DNA from: a virus | Taxonomy: Duplodnaviria; Heunggongvirae; Uroviricota; Caudoviricetes | DNA: 64,000 bases | Virus record (IMG/VR): IMGVR_UViG_3300035698_013589 | Location: 52,033-116,032 of that record | Reading direction: 5' to 3' (one strand) | In this document: in pieces, positions 50,946 through 59,788 of the stretch | Layout: every line of letters begins with the position of its first letter | Numbering within the stretch: position 1 is the stretch's first letter | Made by a program: the position numbers and the translations under genes | Notes under the pieces: generated by a model | Told to the model about the DNA's origin: nothing | Seen by the model: the letters and a program-made list of their open reading frames with translations, nothing else | Databases searched by the model: none

Positions 50946-51705
50946 AGTAGGTGGAAATATATGGGAAAAAAATTAAACAATAAACAAGCTAACATGTTAT
51001 TTGATGATGTGTTGGAAGGTGATGTTCAACGATTCGGTAACTTTAAGATTGGTAAATATAGCGTGACAATATATAGAAATGCTACTGATACAGGAACACA
51101 AAGAACAAGAGCTTTAAATGATAGAAGAAAAGAAGCTGGTGTTTGTGTTGATTGTGAAGCTCCTTTAACTAAGGTTGTAAGATGCAGAGTTTGTCTTGAT
51201 AAAGTAAACAAAAGACGAGCTGAACGATTATTAAAAAAACCTAGAAAGAATAGTAATTCTGAGGCGTACTATTAAGATGAGATGTCCAATTTGTGGTGGA
51301 GGATTAGACCTAAATGATGACGAACTTATTTGTTGTGGTTGTGGTGGTGTGTTTGGCTTACAATATTTAGGTGTATATCCTGAACCTGTAAGTGAACGAT
51401 TAGATGAAGGATTCGAACCTGAATGGTGGAAGGAGAAATATTATGACCGATTACGAAAATCTGGAACAAGACTTTGATAAAAAAGTTAAGGAATTGCAAG
51501 ATACTTGCCCACATAAGAAAACCCATTGGGCAGAACATTGGTGGGCGATAGCTCATTCATCAGGATATAGTGTGCTTGTATGTGACAACTGCAGGAAGAC
51601 TTTAGAAGAAAAACCAACTAAAGAAGAACGAGAAAAAACTAAGCAGAAATGGTTAGATGAGCACAAACATGAATTTAATAAAATTACAAAGGGGAAAAAG
51701 AAAAA

Positions 51706-52143
51706 ATGAGCGCAGATAATTGGACAATATGCCCTGACTGTCAAAAGAGAGTTAAAGGTATGAAAGAAGCTTTTGTTAAGAAGTATTATGGAGAGTTAGA
51801 CGCTTTTGTGTATGGACAGATGCTTGATGAAGTCTCTAAAGCTGTGGAACATATGGCAAGTTATTCCTCTGATGAACATAAACCAGACGAAAAGATATTG
51901 GCCCTGATGGAAGAGCGTGATATATCTGTCAAATGGAGTGGTCATGATTATGACGCTGGTGAAATCTTATGTCAATGCTGTATTTCATGCTGTTTAAGAG
52001 AAGATTACGAGCAGGGTGTTAATGATGATGGTTGTATATATTTTTATTACACATGCTCATGTGATTGCGGATTTGGCGACGATGTTAAATATGAAGCAAG
52101 TAAACACAAAATAGTAGAAAAGACCGATGGAACTAAACAATGA
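51706..52143 (+). CDS. Cys-rich hypothetical protein
   Basis: ORF in track. Confidence 0.4.
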   Translation: MSADNWTICPDCQKRVKGMKEAFVKKYYGELDAFVYGQMLDEVSKAVEHMASYSSDEHKPDEKILALMEERDISVKWSGHDYDAGEILCQCCISCCLREDYEQGVNDDGCIYFYYTCSCDCGFGDDVKYEASKHKIVEKTDGTKQ

Positions 52144-52581
52144 AATGAGTATAACTGACATAGTTCAAAGAGCTATGACAGACAAAAAGATGCCTGTATT
52201 GTTGCCTATCATAGCTAAATATGATAAAGAATATAAAGGTGTTTCAATGACAGGCCAAAAATATGATGAGTATGTTGGGAAAGTATTTAAGGAATATATG
52301 ACGGAGACACAAAATGACACATGATTTTGAATGCCCTTATTGTGGAGCAGAAGACGATTATTGTGACGACCCAGTGGGTGAAGGCGACCCAATAGAAATA
52401 GAATGCCATAAATGTGAAAAGAACTTCATTATCAGACCATCATATTCAATAGATTATTCAAGCGAAAAAGCACCATGTCTTAATGGCGGAAAACATGAAT
52501 GGAGACCACAATGTGGCGCACCAAAAGAGTTTTTTGAAGGTAAGTTTGAGTGCATAATTTGCGATAAGAGGAAGAACGAAA

Positions 52582-52851
52582 ATGTGCAAAAAAACTGAAT
52601 ATAAGATACCAAATCCACGGATTGATAAGTGCATGAGAGTGTTCATGCATAATCTATCTCAAGGATGTGACGGAACATACGAAATACTCGGATGTTGTTG
52701 CGGACACGGAAAGTACCCAATGACGATTGTTACAAAAAATAAACGAGGACAAATCTTCGATATGGTCAGTAACGTCGATATACCAAGAAAAAGAAAGTTT
52801 TACAAACGAGATAAAGATGGTTATTATTACATTCCAGAGATATTAAAATAG
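52582..52851 (+). CDS. Cys-rich hypothetical protein
   Basis: ORF in track. Confidence 0.4.
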   Translation: MCKKTEYKIPNPRIDKCMRVFMHNLSQGCDGTYEILGCCCGHGKYPMTIVTKNKRGQIFDMVSNVDIPRKRKFYKRDKDGYYYIPEILK

Positions 52852-52889
52852 AAACCTTTATATATTAGTTATCTTATACTAATTACATT
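52852..52889 (+). promoter_or_regulatory. BRE/TATA promoter copy (gaaaccTTTATATAttagttatcttatactaattaca)
   Basis: consensus match; TATA 52858-52865. Confidence 0.55.
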
Positions 52890-53205
52890 ACACTCACAGG
52901 CTACCCATCTAGCCTCACCTGATGGGAGTTTACGTTTTTTGCTCTGAAAAAAACAGTCTTCAGCAGGTTGCAACTACATCAACCGCAGTTCGGAGTGAAT
53001 TGACCATCTGAGCAATCAGGAGTGACCAACAGCTTGTGGGCGTGTCACGTCAGGTCTTTTTACATCTACAAGCCCAGACATTTGGATGCAATACTCCATT
53101 TGTTTTCATACTCACATTAAAGATGTGGGCTAAGAGCAGAGTTGATGGCCATGATTGTGAGATTGTGGAACCCCTGATGAGTTGCTCTCCATGTCTTTAA
53201 TCATG
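52890..53205 (+). ncRNA. candidate structured non-coding RNA (GC-enriched, promoter-driven, ~315 nt)
   Basis: no ORF; nested helices 53116-53128/53189-53201 and 53134-53138/53183-53187; pseudoknot candidate 52898-52926; several other hairpins. Confidence 0.4.
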
Positions 53206-53211
53206 ATTAAA

Positions 53212-53340
53212 ATGGAAAAAACAAACAAACAGAAACTACACTCTTGCACACATAGAACATATTGTAAAAAAAGTGCATTTGATTGCAAGGAATGTAATGA
53301 TTGGGAACATGACAAAAGAGTTGTGATTTCAAAGATATAG
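53212..53340 (+). CDS. 42-aa zinc-ribbon mini-protein (CTHRTYC...CKEC)
   Basis: manual ORF, four Cys plus His. Confidence 0.3.
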   Translation: MEKTNKQKLHSCTHRTYCKKSAFDCKECNDWEHDKRVVISKI

Positions 53341-53350
53341 GGGGATATAT

Positions 53351-53581
53351 ATGGAAAATAAACCAAAAAGCAAATTAACATTTACTATTATTATGATTGT
53401 CTTGGTTGCTACTATGATTGTAATTGCAGGATTTTTAGGCGGTGCAATCAAGCATAAAGAGATACAAAATAACCTTAAAGTTGGCATTGATACTTGTGCT
53501 GATGTAGAATCAGAAGCACGGCTTGAAACGGCTGAAGGTAGCAAAGATATAATCTGGCGATGTGTAAAACCAGCTAATTAA
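53351..53581 (+). CDS. TM protein, paralog family member (KHxEIQxNL...IIWRC)
   Basis: similarity to 54485-54802. Confidence 0.5.
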   Translation: MENKPKSKLTFTIIMIVLVATMIVIAGFLGGAIKHKEIQNNLKVGIDTCADVESEARLETAEGSKDIIWRCVKPAN

Positions 53582-53619
53582 TTTTTTTTATTTCACAAAT
53601 ATTAGAGTAGGTAAACAAT

Positions 53620-54252
53620 ATGGGAATAATAGGTTCAAGACAAATAAAATTCGGAACAGCATCCGTACCACCAATCAAATACAATGAAAGCGTTAACATT
53701 GATGGATACGAGAAAGTTGTTACAGTTTTTTCTAAATTGTTTTTAGCAAGATTCTCTGCAGAATCAGAATTTTATCCTGATTCATCAGATAGATACAATG
53801 ATTACATTAAACAAACTATAGGATTCTTGACCAAGATTAATGCCTTACATAAAGTATCAAATAAACATCTCAGGAAAGTAAAGCTATGGAAAGAACGTGT
53901 TGAGATGCCACCTTTTTATGAAGGTATCGCAGTATCACTAAAAAGTATGTTGATTAAGAAACATTTTCCATCTATGGACAAGGCAATGAATGAAGGTGCG
54001 GTTTATAGTCATTATTCACTAACTGTTGTAGGTGAATGTGTTGAATATATTATGGAGTTTTTTCAGTCTCATAAAATGTTCAAAGATGTAGATGTGGTGA
54101 TTAAAAACCCAGTAGTTATCAAATGGGTTGATGACCATAATAAATATCTTGAAGAAAATAAGGAACGGCTTGAAAAGGAAGAGAAACAACGAGAAGATAA
54201 ACGAGCTAAGGATTTCGAAGAAATTAACAAAAAGCTTGACGAATTAAAATGA
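53620..54252 (+). CDS. hypothetical protein
   Basis: ORF in track. Confidence 0.45.
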   Translation: MGIIGSRQIKFGTASVPPIKYNESVNIDGYEKVVTVFSKLFLARFSAESEFYPDSSDRYNDYIKQTIGFLTKINALHKVSNKHLRKVKLWKERVEMPPFYEGIAVSLKSMLIKKHFPSMDKAMNEGAVYSHYSLTVVGECVEYIMEFFQSHKMFKDVDVVIKNPVVIKWVDDHNKYLEENKERLEKEEKQREDKRAKDFEEINKKLDELK

Positions 54253-54484
54253 CTAAAGAATTTGAATTTAAACCAATTACTTATGTTGTTGGTTTTGTTA
54301 TAGGATATTCACCATCATTTTTCATGTCAGATTTGACAATTACACGATTTGGTTACAAACTTGGAATCTTATTTGTAACATTAGGTATGTTTTTATTTCT
54401 GATGTATCTTTTAGATAAGAAATTTTATAATGACCGAATTAAGAGGCAAAAGAAAAAAAAATTATTAAATAATGAGGATGAATA

Positions 54485-54802
54485 ATGAGTGTACATGATA
54501 AACCTTGGAGACCACAAGCTCGTGAAATATTAGAGCATTTAGAAGAAGAAGAATACAAAAATTTAATGGTTATTCGAAAGCCAAACATTATAACTGGTAT
54601 ATGTTTTATTATTATTATCGGTTGTATTGCAATGTTTGGTAGTCTCGTTGGTGAATCAAACAAACATGCAGAAATTCAAAAAAATCTTGCTAATGGTATC
54701 AAAACATGCGGTGAACATTCAGCAGAAGCACGGCTTGAAATTGATGTTAATGGAAGCATTATTTGGCGATGCATGATACCTTCAAACTACACAGGTGATT
54801 GA
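54485..54802 (+). CDS. TM protein, paralog of 53351-53581
   Basis: shared NKHAEIQKNLANGIKTCGEHSAEARLE...IIWRC. Confidence 0.5.
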   Translation: MSVHDKPWRPQAREILEHLEEEEYKNLMVIRKPNIITGICFIIIIGCIAMFGSLVGESNKHAEIQKNLANGIKTCGEHSAEARLEIDVNGSIIWRCMIPSNYTGD

Positions 54803-54988
54803 TAATGAATAAAGATTACGACAATGCAGTAAACGATTATGAACAGGTACAAGGAGATGCAAGTTTAGAGACATCGGACTCTTATATATTACTATTAATC
54901 TTAGCTGAATTGAAAGGCATGAGGCGTGAGATTAGAGCAACTAACAACAAAATCGGTAGGTATTACCAATAAAAATTGAGGATGAAAT

Positions 54989-55345
54989 ATGAAGACAGTA
55001 TTAATCGTGGAAGACACTGAGGCATTAGCTTTTTTGTACGAAGAAGTAATAGAAGATTTAGGGTATAATGTCATACTTGCAGAAAATGGTGTTGAAGGGT
55101 TTAAAAAATACAACGTGAATAAACCTGATGCGGTTATCACAGATAGTAAAATGCCTATCATGGCAGGACAGGAATTGGTTGACATCATAAGAGAAATTGA
55201 TGGGAAAACACCAATCTTGTTTCATAGTATGGATGACTTACCAACTGTGTATGGAATACCAAATTTATACACAGCAAAGAAAGACCCATGCCAAGATTAT
55301 ATAGTTGAATTTTTAGAAAGAACAATAGGTAAATGTGATGTTTAA
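54989..55345 (+). CDS. standalone CheY-like response-regulator receiver domain
   Basis: VLIVEDTE, DAVITDSKMPIMAGQEL, KTPILFHS (Thr and Lys positions). Confidence 0.7.
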   Translation: MKTVLIVEDTEALAFLYEEVIEDLGYNVILAENGVEGFKKYNVNKPDAVITDSKMPIMAGQELVDIIREIDGKTPILFHSMDDLPTVYGIPNLYTAKKDPCQDYIVEFLERTIGKCDV

Positions 55346-55690
55346 ATGATAGTTTGTTTTGATTGTGGGAACACTAAAGTGTGTTCTATATGGGATAGAG
55401 AAAAATATCTTTGCAAGAAATGTTGGGAAAAGAGAATGGCCGCAATGAAAAAAGATTTTGAAGAAGATTCAGGGTATTATTAATGAGAAAATGTGAAGTA
55501 TGTGGGGACGATGCAGAAAAGTGTATTCTTTTCAAACCATCAGATGTATTCGTATTTTTATGCTACCCACACATGGCTAAAGTGTTAAGAGAAAAACCAG
55601 GAGAAATGCCTATTGCAAGCTGGTTAAAGACACAAAAAGCTAAACATGAATCATTACAAGCATTTTTAAAAACAATCGCTAAAGCGAACT

Positions 55691-56179
55691 TTGAGGATAC
55701 ACACAATGGATAGAGATATGAACGCACCAAATGAATGGCAATGTAGCCATTGTAAGAAAACTTACACATTCAACGAATTTATCAAGCTAAAGACTGAATA
55801 CGTCAATCCTGACAAACCTGAAGAATATGGTAAGCGATGTATCTGTGAATGCGGAAAGCCATTTCACAAGGGTAAATGGAGCATTGTAGAAGACTTTACA
55901 ACATTCCCTCATTGGTTCACTTGTCTATTATATCCTAAGATTAGGTTATCTACTGTTCATTTAGAACTTAATCACTTTGGTCATTGGTATGAAACTATGG
56001 TATTTGCAGAAGATAGATTTTTTCCTGCATTGTTACCAGTTGAAATATACATTCAAGATAGATATAAAACTCAAGATGAAGCAATTAAAGGTCATGAAGA
56101 GATACTTAGAAAACTCAGGATTGGTCAATACACTCTTACACATAATGATGACGGAAAAAGAGAGTTGAGGCTACAATGA
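55691..56179 (+). CDS. hypothetical zinc-binding protein
   Basis: ORF in track. Confidence 0.4.
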   Translation: MRIHTMDRDMNAPNEWQCSHCKKTYTFNEFIKLKTEYVNPDKPEEYGKRCICECGKPFHKGKWSIVEDFTTFPHWFTCLLYPKIRLSTVHLELNHFGHWYETMVFAEDRFFPALLPVEIYIQDRYKTQDEAIKGHEEILRKLRIGQYTLTHNDDGKRELRLQ

Positions 56180-56405
56180 ACTGGAAACATTTGTTTTGGA
56201 TTGTGCCTTTAGTATTAATTATTGGAGCACTTATCGGACTGAGATTTTTTTCTTTTACACTTGGTGTTTTAGATGATATGGTGCAAACTGTAGACAAATG
56301 CTCAATGCAGACATTGACTTATGTTGCAGAACAAAACGAAGATTGTCAAATTTTAATTAGTGGGTATTTAACACAATGTGTAGAAGATACCTCTGGGAGT
56401 TAACG

Positions 56406-56861
56406 ATGGAAGCAAAAATAAAACAAGGTATGCCAAAGTCTATAATGGGCTCAGAAAAATTAGCAGGTAGCGTTGCTATGCTTGGAGTTACGGCAGGGAT
56501 TACAGGTTTACTTTTAGGAGGAATGGAAAAAATGTTTGGAAGTTTAGGAGAAAACGAAAAAGTCCCAAAGGGCGTAGTTAAGGAAATGATGCACGGAATG
56601 GTTTTAGGTTTTGTAGATTTAATTAATGAAAAAGATGCAGAAATCAAGAACTTGCAACAAAAGATTCAAATGAAAGAAGTTGAAGCTAATGAAGCATGTG
56701 CAGACAAAGAATCAGCAGACAGAAGATACGAAGAAGTAATGGGATTCTTGCAAGATGCTAAGAAAAGAGAAGCTGAAGCAATGAAGAAAACTCGAAAGAA
56801 GCCAGGGCCAAAACCAAAATACAAAGGTAACAAACCAGGGCCTAAACCTAAGAAGAAGTGA
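56406..56861 (+). CDS. coiled-coil protein with basic PGPKPK tail
   Basis: ATG 56406 preferred. Confidence 0.4.
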   Translation: MEAKIKQGMPKSIMGSEKLAGSVAMLGVTAGITGLLLGGMEKMFGSLGENEKVPKGVVKEMMHGMVLGFVDLINEKDAEIKNLQQKIQMKEVEANEACADKESADRRYEEVMGFLQDAKKREAEAMKKTRKKPGPKPKYKGNKPGPKPKKK

Positions 56862-56865
56862 TTTA

Positions 56866-57246
56866 ATGGCAGTCACAACAGGAAGCGGATTTTTAGCTAA
56901 AAAAAGTAAGCTAAAAATGTTTGAGTATGACATCACGTTTTATGCTATTTGGATTTTTATTGGACTTGGTATCTGGTTAAGTTTAGGACTTTTTAGTAGT
57001 TTAATAGGCTACTCTAAATCATTTCACATGATTGAACGAATGTTTTGGTGGTTATGGTTTTTAGTATCAGCAATGGCATTTAACATGAGAGTGTCATCAT
57101 TGACACACAAACACAACATGCAAGTCATTGATGCAGATTTTAGAGAACTATTTGATGCAAGAATTAACAGAGATTTGATTAGAGAAGTGCTTGAACAGAG
57201 AAGAGCAGAGGAAAAGAAGAAGAATGTCAAAAGAAGAAAAAAATAA
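56866..57246 (+). CDS. membrane protein
   Basis: ORF in track. Confidence 0.4.
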   Translation: MAVTTGSGFLAKKSKLKMFEYDITFYAIWIFIGLGIWLSLGLFSSLIGYSKSFHMIERMFWWLWFLVSAMAFNMRVSSLTHKHNMQVIDADFRELFDARINRDLIREVLEQRRAEEKKKNVKRRKK

Positions 57247-57625
57247 AAAACCTTTTCCCATGGTTCACCCTGAACATTTTCAGGTAAAATTATCGAGCTG
57301 TGGGGTTAGTTCTTTTTCAGGTAGTTACAAGATTATGAAGGAAAAGGATGGGTTAGATTTGTTATTACTTGCAACACATGTAATGGCAAAAGACTTTGTT
57401 GGTAAAGACCAATCACCTACCTTAAAGTATCATTTAGCTTGTTGTTTACTTAACGGAATAAACTTCCCTGCAGAAAAGCTTTTAAAGGACATTGAGGACT
57501 CTAAAAAGTTCATGGGGCGTTGGGTTCACATTCCTAAAGAAGAGGCAGAGAAGCGACGTGAAGAAGCTGAATTGGTTGATGAGAAAGCTTTAAAAGAATT
57601 AAAGAAGACTAAAACAGGTAAATAA
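57224..57625 (+). CDS. hypothetical protein
   Basis: ORF in track. Confidence 0.4.
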   Translation: MSKEEKNKKPFPMVHPEHFQVKLSSCGVSSFSGSYKIMKEKDGLDLLLLATHVMAKDFVGKDQSPTLKYHLACCLLNGINFPAEKLLKDIEDSKKFMGRWVHIPKEEAEKRREEAELVDEKALKELKKTKTGK

Positions 57626-57764
57626 TGGTAGAAGTAGATAATTTCGAAATAGGAAAACATTTCATACAGAAGCGTTGGGTTTGTTCATGTGGAGCATCCA
57701 ACCCAGACACAAAGACATTTTGTTCTGTGTGTAAAAAGGATAGATACAAGAAAGGAAAAACAAA

Positions 57765-58034
57765 ATGAACATCTTAGAAGAAGCTAACAAAATCACGTCA
57801 GATGATAGGCAAAAGGCTTACGGCAAGCCTAAAGAGAACTTTAATCACATTGCTAAGATTGCATCGTCAATACTTGGTAAGGAAATCACTGCAAAAGAGA
57901 TTGTAATGATTATGTTTGCTACAAAATTGAGCAGGGAAATGCATTGTTCAAAACATGATAATCATGTTGATTTAGCAGGATACTCTTGGGTTTTGAATCA
58001 AGTTGTTGAAGAAGAAATACCAAAAACAGAGTAA
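57765..58034 (+). CDS. hypothetical protein
   Basis: ORF in track. Confidence 0.4.
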   Translation: MNILEEANKITSDDRQKAYGKPKENFNHIAKIASSILGKEITAKEIVMIMFATKLSREMHCSKHDNHVDLAGYSWVLNQVVEEEIPKTE

Positions 58035-58095
58035 AAACGAAACATTTAAATATAAGTTACATTATACTAACTATTATACATGGAGGTGTATACAA
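58030..58095 (+). promoter_or_regulatory. BRE/TATA promoter copy plus GGAGGTG RBS upstream of Ro60 gene
   Basis: aaacgaaaCATTTAAATATAagttacattatactaactatta; TATA-like 58045-58054. Confidence 0.55.
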
Positions 58096-59691
58096 ATGAG
58101 TAGGTTCAATAAAACAAGCGTAAGCGACAAGATTACAACAAACAAAGAAGGTTCAAAAGCATTCAAGCTAACTTCTGATTATGAATTATATACATTAGTT
58201 GCAACATCAGCACTAAATAACAAATTCTATGAAAAAACAGATGAAAGAATTGAAAGATTAAGAACTCTGATTAAGAAATGCGACCCTATGTTCGTGGCTA
58301 AATTAGCTGTGTATGCAAGGGAATCAATGTATTTGAGAAGTATTCCATTAGTATTAACTGTGGAACTTAACAAACATCTTAATGAAATCAAAGCTAAGAA
58401 AAGCATGATTACAACATTATCAACAAGAGTAATCCAAAGAGCTGATGAAATTACTGAAATCCTAGCATATTACTCACTTGCTAACAAAGCAAATGAGAAA
58501 GCTGGTGAAGCTGGTCAAGTTAAGAAATTAGCTAAATTATCAAAGGCACTTCAAAAAGGTGTAGCTAATGCTTTCCACAAATTTGATGAATATCAATTTG
58601 CAAAGTATAATAGGAAAACTGACATCAAATTAAAAGATGCATTATTCCTTACACACCCAAAACCTGAAAGTTCTACAGAAACAGAACTCTTTAAGAAAAT
58701 TGCAAGTGATACTTTGGAAACTCCTAAGACTTGGGAAGTTGAAATGTCTACTGCAAAAGGTAAAGACAAAACACCTAAACAAGTTTGGGAAGATATGATT
58801 GATTCAGGTAAACTTGGTTACATGGCTCTAATGAGAAATTTGAGAAACATTCTGCAAGCAGATGTATCCCAAAAACATGTATTCAAAGTAGCTGATATGT
58901 TAGAAAACAAAGAACTTGTTGTGAAAGCTAAACAATTACCATTCAGATTTTTGGCAGCATATAACGAACTGAAAAAGGCTTCAGGCGACTATCCTAGTGG
59001 TAGATACTCCTATTCCGATGAAACAGAAGTGACATTAAAAAATAAAGCAAATGTCACAATCATCTTGGAAGCCCTTGACAACGCAATCAAAGCATCTGTT
59101 GAAAACTTAAAAGGATTCAGCAGAGACATGAATGTAATGATTGCTTGTGATGTTTCAGGTAGTATGATGTCAAAAATCAGTCCTCAAAGTTCAATCGAAA
59201 TGTATGACATTGGATTAACTTTAGGTATGATTTTACAACATAAATGCAAGTATGTAGTTACTGGTATCTTCGGTGATACTTTCAAAACTAAAGCATTCCC
59301 AAGAGATAGTATCCTTGAAAATGTAATGAAGTTTAAGAAAATCGAAGGTGAAGTAGGTTACAGCACTAACGGATACAAAGTACTTGATTACCTAATCCAA
59401 GCAGGCGATAAAGTAGACAAAGTAATGATGTTTACTGATTGTCAAATGTGGAACAGCTCTGGATATAATAGAGATAATCTTATTCCTGCAAGATGGAACA
59501 GATACAAAGAAATTAATCCAGAAGCTAAACTTTACTTGTTCGACATGCAAGGTTACGGAGATACACCAATTGACATGATTCAAAAGGATGTATTCTTGAT
59601 TGCAGGTTGGTCTGACAAAGTGTTTGACATACTTGAAAGTCTTGAAAATGGTGAAGATGCGATTAAAGTAATTAATGACATCAAATTATAA
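58096..59691 (+). CDS. rsr: Ro60 orthologue (TROVE domain plus vWA domain; Rsr-like)
   Basis: TROVE features (RSIPLVLTVEL, LPFRFLAAYNEL like Ro60 PFHILIA...Y), vWA MIDAS MIACDVSGSM and MMFTDCQMW; ~530 aa typical size; true start ATG 58096 after GGAGGTG. Confidence 0.85.
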   Translation: MSRFNKTSVSDKITTNKEGSKAFKLTSDYELYTLVATSALNNKFYEKTDERIERLRTLIKKCDPMFVAKLAVYARESMYLRSIPLVLTVELNKHLNEIKAKKSMITTLSTRVIQRADEITEILAYYSLANKANEKAGEAGQVKKLAKLSKALQKGVANAFHKFDEYQFAKYNRKTDIKLKDALFLTHPKPESSTETELFKKIASDTLETPKTWEVEMSTAKGKDKTPKQVWEDMIDSGKLGYMALMRNLRNILQADVSQKHVFKVADMLENKELVVKAKQLPFRFLAAYNELKKASGDYPSGRYSYSDETEVTLKNKANVTIILEALDNAIKASVENLKGFSRDMNVMIACDVSGSMMSKISPQSSIEMYDIGLTLGMILQHKCKYVVTGIFGDTFKTKAFPRDSILENVMKFKKIEGEVGYSTNGYKVLDYLIQAGDKVDKVMMFTDCQMWNSSGYNRDNLIPARWNRYKEINPEAKLYLFDMQGYGDTPIDMIQKDVFLIAGWSDKVFDILESLENGEDAIKVINDIKL

Positions 59692-59788
59692 TTTTTTTTT
59701 ATTTATATTCATAATCGAAAGAAATAAAAAGGAGAACAACTCCTGTTCATGTTAATGAAGACTGAACCTCTTCATTATTTGTTTGTTT

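Noticed and set aside
53166-53190. Hammerhead ribozyme (CTGATGAG present)
   Set aside because: No CGAAAC box and no correctly placed stems I-III. I consider it a coincidental match inside a larger helix.
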